A DNA stretch of 64,000 nucleotides from an uncultured SAR86 cluster bacterium (lineage in GTDB: Bacteria > Pseudomonadota > Gammaproteobacteria > Magnimaribacterales > D2472), in the NCBI GenBank assembly GCA_902626385.1, contig CACOEZ010000003.1, forward strand, positions 53,148 through 117,147, written 5' to 3'. The notes below the pieces were generated by a model that searched no databases, was not told where the DNA came from, and saw only the letters and a list, made by a program, of their open reading frames with translations. A program made the translations under genes and the position numbers. Positions 51,943 through 60,495 of this stretch are shown here, piece by piece; the first letter of the stretch is position 1; every line of letters begins with the position of its first letter.

Positions 51943-51962
51943 AATTTATTTTAACTTAAAAA

Positions 51963-53228
51963 TTATCTGTATCTTGAGGATGGAATATTATTCTGTTTTC
52001 TATATTTAGTAATAGTTCTTCTTGCTAAATTAAAACCTCTTTTATTTAACTCTACTGTAATTTGTTTATCACTTTTGGGTTTCTTTTCAAATTTAATAAT
52101 TTCTTCTATCAACTTCATTAATTGAACTGATGTAATATTTCGTGATTTTGAAACTGAAGGCACCATTAGTGATTTTAAAGAGATTATACCTTTTGGAGTT
52201 TCAGCGTACTTATTTCTTAAAATTCTAGAAACTGTTGAAGGGTGAATATTAAGTTGTTCGGAAATTTCTTTATTTGTAAGAGTCTCTATTTTTATTGGAT
52301 TATCTTTAAAAAAATTTATTTGTTTTGCAAAAATATATTCACCAACCTTTAAAACAGTTTCATTTCTTTTTTTTATTGATGTTAACAACCATCTTGCAGC
52401 TGCAATTTTTTCTGAAATTTTTGGATTTTTATTTTTCTTAAGATCTTTTTTAATATTATTTGCAAGATTTTCATCAATTTGAATTTTTGGAAAATCATTT
52501 TCTACAAATTTTATTTTAGAGCCAGAGTCATCATTAACTATCTTTAGATCTGGATATATATATCTAGTTTCTTCAAAATTCAGACCTGGACTTAAATCAC
52601 ATTTTTTAATTTCTTCTAGAGCTAAATTAAATAAACTTAAGTCTTCTTCATATTTTACGAAATTGTTTTTAATTTTATCTAGGTCGTCTAAAAAATCATT
52701 AAAAACAATATTTGAACAAGAATTAAATAGTTTTTTTGATAAATTTTTACTTTCAATCTGCAACATAATGCATTCTTTAAAGTTTCTAAATCCTATACCC
52801 GTTGGAGAAAGTTTATGAATAACACTGACTAATAAATCCTCTATTTCTTTTTGTTTAAATTTATAATTTGAAATTTTTTCTAAATCTTCAACTTGTAAAT
52901 CTAATCCTCCCATTTCATTAATATTTTCTATAATTAAAATACAAATTTTCCTAGAATGATCGTCCAGACCGAAATCATCGATCTGATCTAGCAAACTTTC
53001 TCTTAAAGTTAGGCGTGACGAGAACTCAAAATTAAAATCATCATTAATGTTAGATGAAATTTCATAATCCTCAATTTTTTCTATAAAAGGGTTATCTTCA
53101 ATTTCTTGTTGAATTTTGTTTACAAGCTCGTACCTGGATAGTTGAAGCAAATCAATGGATTTTTTTAAAGAGGGCGTAAGAGAAATTTTTTGGCTTTGTT
53201 TAAAATTCTGAGATAAAACAATACCCAT
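51963..53228 (-). CDS. rpoN: RNA polymerase sigma-54 factor
   Basis: RpoN box ARRTITKYR near the C-terminus and an HTH motif HPSTVSR. It lies downstream of lptB. Confidence 0.93.
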   Translation of the reverse strand: MGIVLSQNFKQSQKISLTPSLKKSIDLLQLSRYELVNKIQQEIEDNPFIEKIEDYEISSNINDDFNFEFSSRLTLRESLLDQIDDFGLDDHSRKICILIIENINEMGGLDLQVEDLEKISNYKFKQKEIEDLLVSVIHKLSPTGIGFRNFKECIMLQIESKNLSKKLFNSCSNIVFNDFLDDLDKIKNNFVKYEEDLSLFNLALEEIKKCDLSPGLNFEETRYIYPDLKIVNDDSGSKIKFVENDFPKIQIDENLANNIKKDLKKNKNPKISEKIAAARWLLTSIKKRNETVLKVGEYIFAKQINFFKDNPIKIETLTNKEISEQLNIHPSTVSRILRNKYAETPKGIISLKSLMVPSVSKSRNITSVQLMKLIEEIIKFEKKPKSDKQITVELNKRGFNLARRTITKYRKQNNIPSSRYR

Positions 53229-53942
53229 TTAGTTATACATATTCCCCAGATAGACGTCTCTTACACTTTGATTTGAAATTAATTCCTCTTTGGCTCCCAG
53301 AGCAATAATCTTACCGTCATTAATTATTGCAGCATGATCACATAATTCTAATGTTTCACGCACGTTATGATCAGTGATCAAAATCCCAATTTTTTTTCTT
53401 TTGAGAGATTTTAAAACTTCTTTAATATCTTCAATTGCAATAGGATCAATTCCCGCAAAAGGTTCATCTAAAAGAATCATCTTTGGATTCGATGCTAAAG
53501 TTCTTGCTATTTCAACTTTTCGCCTTTGACCCCCAGAAAGCTGTCTCCCCTTTAAATCACATATATCTTTTAAAGCAAATTCTTCGATAGTCTTTTCAAC
53601 AAAGTCTTTTACCTCTTTTTTTTTGTTAAATGTTAATTCAGCCAAACCAACGAGATTTTCATTCACTGTTAAATTTTGAAATATAGATGGCTCTTGAGGC
53701 AAATATTTAATACCTAACTTTGATCTTTTATGAACTGGCAAATTAGTGATATTTTCATTACTTAATGAGATGCGACCATTATCAGATCTTACTAGTCCAG
53801 CTATTGCGTAAAAAGATGTGGTTTTACCAGCACCATTTGGGCCGAGAAGCCCACATATTTCTCCAAAGTTCACTTCAAAAGAAACATTATCCAAGATTAC
53901 TTTACCATTAATTTTTTTTGATATTGAATCTACTTTTAACAT
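53229..53942 (-). CDS. lptB: LPS export ABC transporter ATP-binding protein LptB
   Basis: Walker A motif GPNGAGKTT, ABC signature LSGGQRRKVEIAR and Walker B motif ILLDEPF. Confidence 0.93.
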   Translation of the reverse strand: MLKVDSISKKINGKVILDNVSFEVNFGEICGLLGPNGAGKTTSFYAIAGLVRSDNGRISLSNENITNLPVHKRSKLGIKYLPQEPSIFQNLTVNENLVGLAELTFNKKKEVKDFVEKTIEEFALKDICDLKGRQLSGGQRRKVEIARTLASNPKMILLDEPFAGIDPIAIEDIKEVLKSLKRKKIGILITDHNVRETLELCDHAAIINDGKIIALGAKEELISNQSVRDVYLGNMYN

Positions 53943-54349
53943 TATTCTTGTTGAGTGAAATTTCCAGTCTGGGGATTAAATAATATTTTTTTGGATGAAA
54001 TATTTATATTCTCATAGCTCATGCTGGCATCACCAATTAGATGAACTTTTTCATCATTATAGATAATTATTTTTTGTGCTTTACCTTTAAAAAAACTATT
54101 GGGATTATTTGATTCAATGAATGATGGATTACCATATACTGAGATGGTATCTTTGTCGTTATCAAAAATTGCTTCATTAGCAGTAACAAATATATATTCT
54201 GAATTAATTTCAACATTGTTTTTGAATAATATTGAATTTGATGATTTTTTGTATTCAACTAAATCAGAGCTTATGTTTATATCTTTTTCAACATAAGACA
54301 AAGCAAATCCGGCAAACGAAATAATTATTGTTAGGAATAATTTTTTCAA
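53942..54349 (-). CDS. lptA: OstA-like periplasmic LPS transport protein, LptA-like (short, 135 aa)
   Basis: It has a hydrophobic N-terminal signal or anchor. The body aligns by eye to the LptA beta-jellyroll (I.ISSD...F..NVEI....I.A..A.....D.I.VYGNP..F....F.GKA.KI.....K.HL.GDA). It lies directly upstream of lptB. Confidence 0.7.
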   Translation of the reverse strand: MKKLFLTIIISFAGFALSYVEKDINISSDLVEYKKSSNSILFKNNVEINSEYIFVTANEAIFDNDKDTISVYGNPSFIESNNPNSFFKGKAQKIIIYNDEKVHLIGDASMSYENINISSKKILFNPQTGNFTQQE

Positions 54350-55321
54350 CTAAAGAATCCTTGCTTCGATAAGGTCATGCATTGAAATCACACCAATGCT
54401 TTTGTTCTTTTTCAAAACAACAAGTGTAAAGATTTTATTTTTTTCCATAATTTCTGCTGCATCCACAGCAAGATCGTCTGAGTCAATAGTTTTGAAATCC
54501 TTAGTCATAACTGAAGATATTTTTGTTGATTGAATATCAATTTTATTATTAATACATCTTCTTAAATCACCATCAGTAAAAATACCTACAACTTTTTGTT
54601 TATTCATAACTAATGTAATACCTAAATTTTTCTTTGTAATCTCAATGAGAGCCTTATCTAGGACTGTCTTATAATCAACTCTGGGAATGGAACTGCCTGT
54701 ATGCATAAGATCTTTAACCTGAGTTATGAGCTTCTTTCCTAATTTTCCAGCAGGATGAGAATAAGCAAAGTCATTTTTTGAAAAACCTTTAGCCTCTAAT
54801 AAAGCTATTGCAAGGGCATCACCAAACGCTAGAGCATTTGTTGTTGAGGATGTCGGAGCTAAATCTAGAGGACATGCTTCTTTTCCAGACTTTATTTCAA
54901 TGCTGATATCAGCATTTTTTGAAATAGATGATTTTTTATTACCAGTCAATGAGGCAATTTTTTTTGAATGTCTTTTTAAAGAAGGAAGTATATTTATAAT
55001 CTCATCAGTTTCACCAGAATTTGAGATCAACAAAACTATATCCTTTTTATTGATAAGACCCATGTCTCCATGAGCAGCTTCAGTCGGATGGATAAATATT
55101 GATGCTGTGCCTGTGCTTGATAGGGTAGCAGCAATTTTCTGACCGATATGTCCAGATTTACCAACACCCATAACAACCAATACACCTTTAGAATTTTTAA
55201 TTTCCACACATAATTTTGAAAATGAGCTATCTAATTGTTTTGAGATGTTTTTAATTGAATCAGATTCAATTTTTAATGTTCTTTTTGCTGAGGCAATATA
55301 ATTAAATTCTTTATTCATCAT
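54350..55321 (-). CDS. kdsD: arabinose-5-phosphate isomerase KdsD
   Basis: SIS domain (GVGKSGHIG) plus a C-terminal CBS pair. Confidence 0.92.
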   Translation of the reverse strand: MMNKEFNYIASAKRTLKIESDSIKNISKQLDSSFSKLCVEIKNSKGVLVVMGVGKSGHIGQKIAATLSSTGTASIFIHPTEAAHGDMGLINKKDIVLLISNSGETDEIINILPSLKRHSKKIASLTGNKKSSISKNADISIEIKSGKEACPLDLAPTSSTTNALAFGDALAIALLEAKGFSKNDFAYSHPAGKLGKKLITQVKDLMHTGSSIPRVDYKTVLDKALIEITKKNLGITLVMNKQKVVGIFTDGDLRRCINNKIDIQSTKISSVMTKDFKTIDSDDLAVDAAEIMEKNKIFTLVVLKKNKSIGVISMHDLIEARIL

Positions 55322-55350
55322 AATTATTTGAAAATATCCAAATATTCAAA

Positions 55351-55359
55351 TGTTATAAT
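55351..55359 (+). promoter_or_regulatory. putative extended -10 promoter TGTTATAAT, 6 nt upstream of the mlaC ATG
   Basis: A perfect TGnTATAAT sits in the 44-nt kdsD/mlaC divergent spacer. No Shine-Dalgarno is evident. Confidence 0.45.
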
Positions 55360-55365
55360 AGACCA

Positions 55366-55989
55366 ATGTTGCAATTACTTAAAAATAATTTTTTTCTTTT
55401 TTTTATTCTAATCAGCTCATTTGAGACTTATTCAGAGGAAGATCCTTACAGCTTTATTGATAAAAACGCTCAAGAAATGGTTGAAATATTGATAAATGAA
55501 TCTTACTTGTTTGAATCTGATAGATCATTATATGAACAAAAAATTAAAGATATTTTTGAACCGATGATTGATTTTAGAAGAGTTGCCGCGAGTGTTATGG
55601 GAAAAAAATATTATCTTATGGCCACTAAAGACGAGAGATCACAATTCGTAGAAATTTTTAAGGATTCCTTACTCGATACATATGCTGAGACTCTTGCGCA
55701 GTGGGGAGATTCGACAATAACAACAAAATTTCCTCTTGAAGAACATGAATTGGTCAAAAATGTTGAGGTAAAACAAATTCTTGATACAGGCACAAGTACC
55801 TATCCAATTTCATATAAGCTCAGAAAGAACAAAGATGGTTGGAAAATAATTAATATAATTATTAATGGCGTTAATTTGGGATTAACATTTAGAAATCAAT
55901 TCCAAGCATTAGCTTTAACTCATGATGAAAATATTTCTTTGACTCTTGAAAACTGGGTTTCAGACGCTGGAACGGCAGGGATTACTTAG
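55366..55989 (+). CDS. mlaC: phospholipid-binding periplasmic protein MlaC (Ttg2D family)
   Basis: It has a signal peptide and MlaC-like blocks (DFRRVAASVMGKKY...ERSQFVEIFKDSLLDTYA...DGWKIINIIINGVNLGLTFRNQF). Confidence 0.8.
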   Translation: MLQLLKNNFFLFFILISSFETYSEEDPYSFIDKNAQEMVEILINESYLFESDRSLYEQKIKDIFEPMIDFRRVAASVMGKKYYLMATKDERSQFVEIFKDSLLDTYAETLAQWGDSTITTKFPLEEHELVKNVEVKQILDTGTSTYPISYKLRKNKDGWKIINIIINGVNLGLTFRNQFQALALTHDENISLTLENWVSDAGTAGIT

Positions 55990-56205
55990 ATGAAAGATAT
56001 TATAGAAAATACAATTTTAAATGAAATCCCTGACGCGATATGTTCATTCGATGGCGATGCGTGTAACCTAAGACTAGTAGTTAAATCTGAGACCTTTAAA
56101 GACATGTCTTTAGTAAATCAGCATAGAAAAATTATGAAACTTCTAGAAAATAAATTTGAGTCAGGAGAACTTCACGCTCTTAGTCTAGAAACAAGATCTA
56201 ATTAA
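55990..56205 (+). CDS. ibaG: BolA family protein IbaG
   Basis: 71-aa ORF directly upstream of murA, as yrbA/ibaG is in the canonical order, with a BolA-like C-terminal HA.S.E motif. Confidence 0.7.
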   Translation: MKDIIENTILNEIPDAICSFDGDACNLRLVVKSETFKDMSLVNQHRKIMKLLENKFESGELHALSLETRSN

Positions 56206-56207
56206 CT

Positions 56208-57467
56208 GTGGAAAAACTTCTTATAAAAGGCGGCAAGTCTCTATCTGGAAAAATTAGTTGTTCTGGCGCTAAAAATGCTGCATTGCCAATGATTGCAGCT
56301 ACAATTTTGAGTGACGAAAAAGTTATACTTAAAAATCTTCCCTATCTTCAGGATATTACTACAATGTTTGAGCTATTGGGTTCAATGGGATCAGAAATAT
56401 TACTAGATGAAAATATGGATTTCACTATTTGTTCCTCAAATCTGCAAGATATTGAGGCACGATATGAACTAGTAAAAACAATGCGTGCATCAATTTTGGT
56501 TCTTGGACCGCTTCTAGCAAAATATGGCAAAGCTAGAATTGCTTTACCAGGAGGATGCGCAATTGGATCAAGGCCTGTAAATTTCCATCTTGATGCATTA
56601 AAACAATTAGGTGCAACTATTAGTTTAAGAAATGGCTACATAGAAGCTTCAGCAGAAAAGCTCAAAGGAACAAATATAAAATTTGATGGAATTACAGTAA
56701 CAGGAACTGAAAACCTTATGATGGCTGCTTCACTCGCAACTGGAACTACAATTCTTACAAATGTTGCAAAGGAACCGGAAATAGCTGATTTAGCCGATAT
56801 GTTAAATTCAATGGGATCAGATATTCAAGGAGCTGGGACAGATAAAATTATAATCAATGGCGTTGATAAGCTTACTGGTACAACTTTTGATATTCCAGCT
56901 GATCGAATTGAAGCCGGAACCTATCTAGCAGCAGCTGCAGTTACAAAAGGAAATATTACTATTGAAGGAATTAATCCTAATCGGTTAATGAGAGTAATTG
57001 AAAAGCTTCAGAACTCTGGTGCTAATATCGATTGTCAGGAAAACTCGATTTCAATTAATATGAGTTTAGAATCACCACATCCGGTTGATATTACCACTGC
57101 ACCTTTTCCAGAATTTCCAACCGATATGCAAGCACAATTTTCAGTAATAAATGCAATTTCAAGTGGTACCTCGAATATATATGAAACAGTTTTTGAGAAC
57201 AGATTTATGCATATACTTGAGCTGAACAGAATGGGATGTGATATTGAGGTTAAAGGTAATCATGCAAAAATTAATGGGGTTAAATCATTATATGGGGCTC
57301 AAGTAATGGCGACAGATCTTAGAGCTTCAGCTAGTTTGATTTTAGCTGGTTTGTGTGCAAATGGAGAAACTGTTGTTGATAGAATTTACCATATTGACAG
57401 AGGATATGAACGTATAGAGGAGAAACTAAATTATCTAGGCGCAGATATAATAAGACTACCTAGTTAA
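56208..57467 (+). CDS. murA: UDP-N-acetylglucosamine 1-carboxyvinyltransferase
   Basis: Contains ISCSGAKNAALPMIAA. The ORF is MurA-like throughout and has a GTG start. Confidence 0.96.
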   Translation: MEKLLIKGGKSLSGKISCSGAKNAALPMIAATILSDEKVILKNLPYLQDITTMFELLGSMGSEILLDENMDFTICSSNLQDIEARYELVKTMRASILVLGPLLAKYGKARIALPGGCAIGSRPVNFHLDALKQLGATISLRNGYIEASAEKLKGTNIKFDGITVTGTENLMMAASLATGTTILTNVAKEPEIADLADMLNSMGSDIQGAGTDKIIINGVDKLTGTTFDIPADRIEAGTYLAAAAVTKGNITIEGINPNRLMRVIEKLQNSGANIDCQENSISINMSLESPHPVDITTAPFPEFPTDMQAQFSVINAISSGTSNIYETVFENRFMHILELNRMGCDIEVKGNHAKINGVKSLYGAQVMATDLRASASLILAGLCANGETVVDRIYHIDRGYERIEEKLNYLGADIIRLPS

Positions 57468-58446
57468 TAAATTCGTCGTTATATTCAAATTCATATGTTT
57501 TAAATTCGTTTGTAATAGTATAAAAGTCTAATTTTAAATTTTCACCTAATGTTGCGAATCTTAAAGATTGTATAAGATTGTTCCAATTACTTGTCTGATC
57601 ATTTATTCCTATTATTATGTCATTTGTTTTTATGCCTTTCTCATATAGGGGCCCAATATTTTCCATTTCTATAATCCTTAGTCCTGGCGTAAATTTATTA
57701 TTTATTTTTAGATTAGTTCTAGATACCCTGAAATTACCAATCCATAATGTCTTAACATTTCCAAATCTTATTAATTGAGTAGCAATTTGAACAACTACGT
57801 TTGATGGAATGGCAAACCCAATACCTTGATATGCACCTGTACTTGAAAAAATTTTTGAATTTATTCCTATGAGGTTCCCATTTTCATTTATTAATGCTCC
57901 ACCAGAATTTCCTGGATTAATTGCTGCATCCGTCTGAATTAATTGAAGATATGGATTTCCATAATCACGACCAGTTGCGCTAATGATTCCATTAGAAACT
58001 GATATTCCTATCCCATATGGATTACCAATTGCAAGAACTCTGTCGCCAACTTTCAGATTATCACTATCTGCAATATTAATAGGCTTTAACTCATCTTCAG
58101 TGGATATCTTAAGAACCGCAATATCTGCATTTTTATCAATTCCGATAATACTAGCTGGGTAATTTTTCCCGTTGTATAGTTTTACATTAATATTTTGGCT
58201 ATTTAGGATATGCAGATTTGTCACTATGTAACCTTCATTTGAAAAAATAACACCTGATCCAATTCCATTTTTATTGTTTGAGAAGGATGAGTTATTTAAA
58301 GAAGAGATTGTAACCACAGACCCAATTGATTTATCAGCAGCAGAAACCAATTTGTTTTTATTATCCGTTATAAAGTACCATGTGACAGCAAACGTTAAAA
58401 ATATAACAAATAAATAATTTAACCCATATGTTCGAGATTGTTTCAT
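57460..58446 (-). CDS. degS: DegS/AlgW-like periplasmic serine endoprotease (S1C, single PDZ)
   Basis: It has an N-terminal TM anchor, a catalytic triad context (TNLHIL, DIAVLKI, GNSGGAL) and one PDZ-like C-terminal domain. Confidence 0.85.
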   Translation of the reverse strand: MKQSRTYGLNYLFVIFLTFAVTWYFITDNKNKLVSAADKSIGSVVTISSLNNSSFSNNKNGIGSGVIFSNEGYIVTNLHILNSQNINVKLYNGKNYPASIIGIDKNADIAVLKISTEDELKPINIADSDNLKVGDRVLAIGNPYGIGISVSNGIISATGRDYGNPYLQLIQTDAAINPGNSGGALINENGNLIGINSKIFSSTGAYQGIGFAIPSNVVVQIATQLIRFGNVKTLWIGNFRVSRTNLKINNKFTPGLRIIEMENIGPLYEKGIKTNDIIIGINDQTSNWNNLIQSLRFATLGENLKLDFYTITNEFKTYEFEYNDEFIN

Positions 58447-58447
58447 A

Positions 58448-59494
58448 ATGCCAGTTTCTCAAAATATCATCGATGAGCTAAAAAACCAAGGCATTCAAGT
58501 TGATTCTTCTCAAATAATTCTAATTAATAATTTATGTTCATTAGAATTAAATAAAAAGACTCTGTTCAATCTGAGAATAATAAATAAAAAGAGAACAAAA
58601 TCAGGAATTTATATTTGGGGTGATGTTGGCAGAGGGAAGACTCTTATAACCCAAACTTTCATAAAAAAATGCATAGATGTAAGCACTAAGAGTTTTCACT
58701 ATATAGATTTAATGAAATTTATTCATAAAAAACTTTCTGAGTATTCTGGTGAAATAAATCCATTAAAAAAAGTAAAAAAAGCACTACAAAAAGATTGCCA
58801 ATTGTTATTTATAGATGAATTCCAAGTAGAGGATGTTGCAGATGCAATGATAATCGGTCTTTTAATTTCAGAGCTTATCGAAGATGGCTTAAATATTCTT
58901 ATTACATCAAATGCCCATCCAAATGACTTATATAAAGATGGCCTTCAAAGAAAAAAATTTTTAGATTCTATGGAAATTCTTCAACAAAAAGTTGAGGTCT
59001 TTGAATTAAATGCAGGCATTGATTATAGGACAAAAACAATCATGGAATTTACTTCTGTTAAGAAGAATTATACTGATGAAGAAATTCAAAAACTTATTAA
59101 CGGAAACGCAGATTCAGAAGCAATTTTGAGCTCAAGAATTACTATTAATGATAGGAATTTTGAATGTAAACAGGTCAACAATAATTTGCTTTGGTTAGGA
59201 TTCAAAAATTTTTTTAGACAGCCAACTGGCACTGATGATTTCATATACATATGCGATAAGTATGATTGGATATTTATAAGTGACTTTATAGAATGCGATG
59301 ATGACTCGTTAGACATCATAAGAAGATTTATTTCTTTTGTTGATATCGCTTATAAAGAAAAAACAAAAGTAAGATTTTTTTTCAATGAGCAAGAAATTTC
59401 AAAAACTTACTCCGGTCAAAAACTAGGGGTAATTTGGGAAAGGTGTGAGAGTCGTCTGAAAGAAATGGTTTTGTTTGATCACTTGAATCAATGA
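58448..59494 (+). CDS. zapE: cell division protein ZapE (AFG1-like ATPase, YhcM)
   Basis: Walker A motif GDVGRGKT and Walker B motif LLFIDEFQV. It lies upstream of rplM-rpsI as in E. coli. Confidence 0.85.
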   Translation: MPVSQNIIDELKNQGIQVDSSQIILINNLCSLELNKKTLFNLRIINKKRTKSGIYIWGDVGRGKTLITQTFIKKCIDVSTKSFHYIDLMKFIHKKLSEYSGEINPLKKVKKALQKDCQLLFIDEFQVEDVADAMIIGLLISELIEDGLNILITSNAHPNDLYKDGLQRKKFLDSMEILQQKVEVFELNAGIDYRTKTIMEFTSVKKNYTDEEIQKLINGNADSEAILSSRITINDRNFECKQVNNNLLWLGFKNFFRQPTGTDDFIYICDKYDWIFISDFIECDDDSLDIIRRFISFVDIAYKEKTKVRFFFNEQEISKTYSGQKLGVIWERCESRLKEMVLFDHLNQ

Positions 59495-59522
59495 TTAATT
59501 GCAATAAAAATTACTATAAATA

Positions 59523-59551
59523 TTGATATATTTCTCACTAGACATTAATAT
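59523..59551 (+). promoter_or_regulatory. putative sigma70 promoter for rplM-rpsI
   Basis: TTGATA (59523-28), a 17-nt spacer and TAATAT (59546-51). Confidence 0.4.
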
Positions 59552-59572
59552 TCGCTCTCAAATTAAATGAAT

Positions 59573-60007
59573 ATGAAAACTTACTCGCTAAAGAAAGAAG
59601 ATGTTAATAGAGATTGGTTTGTCATTGACGTTGCTGATAAAGTTCTAGGAAGAGTCGCAACCAAGATAGCAGACAGAATTAGAGGTAAAGATAAACCAAC
59701 TTTTACACCCCACACAGATGGAGGCGACTATGTTGTTGTTATAAATGCTGAGAGGGTTAAAGTAACAGGATCAAAGTTTGAAAATAAAAAGTATTATTCA
59801 CATTCACTTTATCCAGGTGGTTTAAAGACAAAAACATTCAAGGAACTGAACGAAAAAAACCCAGAAAAAATAATTGAGGAAGCTGTTAAAGGGATGTTGC
59901 CAAAAAATAAATTAGGCAAATCTATAATCAAAAAATTAAAAGTTTTTAGTGGTCCCAAACATGATCACGAATCTCAACAACCCAAAGAATGGAATCCAAA
60001 AATATGA
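59573..60007 (+). CDS. rplM: 50S ribosomal protein L13
   Basis: [20 protein letters not shown] matches the L13 N-terminus. The track ORF starts two codons earlier, at 59567. Confidence 0.96.
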   Translation: MKTYSLKKEDVNRDWFVIDVADKVLGRVATKIADRIRGKDKPTFTPHTDGGDYVVVINAERVKVTGSKFENKKYYSHSLYPGGLKTKTFKELNEKNPEKIIEEAVKGMLPKNKLGKSIIKKLKVFSGPKHDHESQQPKEWNPKI

Positions 60008-60396
60008 GCACTGACGTCCACTATGCAACAGGAAGAAGAAAAACTTCTTCTGCAAGAGTTTATTTAAAAAAAGGTAAGGGCAACATTTTAGTAAATGACC
60101 GAAAACTGGATGAGTATTTTGGTAGGAAAGTTGCTCAAATGTTAGTTATGCAACCTCTTGAACTATTAGATTTAACTGAAAAAATTGACTTAGATGTTAA
60201 AGTTAAAGGCGGTGGTAGTTTTGGTCAGGCTGGCGCCATTCGTCATGGTATTTCTCGAGCCTTGACCTCATATGACGAAGAGTTAAGACCTCAACTAAAA
60301 AAAGCTGGCCTATTAACTAGAGATCCACGAAGAGTCGAAAGAAAGAAACCTGGTTTGGTAAAAGCAAGAAAAAGTAAGCAGTTTTCGAAAAGATAA
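60004..60396 (+). CDS. rpsI: 30S ribosomal protein S9
   Basis: Contains [15 protein letters not shown] and the C-terminus [18 protein letters not shown]. The ATG at 60004 overlaps the rplM stop (ATGA). Confidence 0.96.
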   Translation: MSTDVHYATGRRKTSSARVYLKKGKGNILVNDRKLDEYFGRKVAQMLVMQPLELLDLTEKIDLDVKVKGGGSFGQAGAIRHGISRALTSYDEELRPQLKKAGLLTRDPRRVERKKPGLVKARKSKQFSKR

Positions 60397-60455
60397 TTAC
60401 CTTAAATATTTAATACTTATTTTCAATTATAACTAAATTTTATATTGCATAATTA

Positions 60456-60464
60456 TGTTATAAT
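60456..60464 (+). promoter_or_regulatory. putative extended -10 promoter TGTTATAAT for petABC
   Basis: A perfect TGnTATAAT lies in the 99-nt rpsI-petA spacer, 31 nt before the petA ATG. Confidence 0.45.
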
Positions 60465-60495
60465 TTTCGCGTTATTTGAGTAGCACACAGCCTGA

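Noticed and set aside
51943-51962. Additional leaderless-looking geometries: TAAAAT-N5-ATG before mgtE, TAATAT-N7-ATG and TATAAT-N12-ATG before gatC (45803-45830), and TATTAT-N4-ATG before hemA.
   Set aside because: The hexamers are imperfect or the spacing is off. In AT-rich spacers such matches are expected by chance. Only the two perfect TGTTATAAT-N6-ATG cases are reported as findings.
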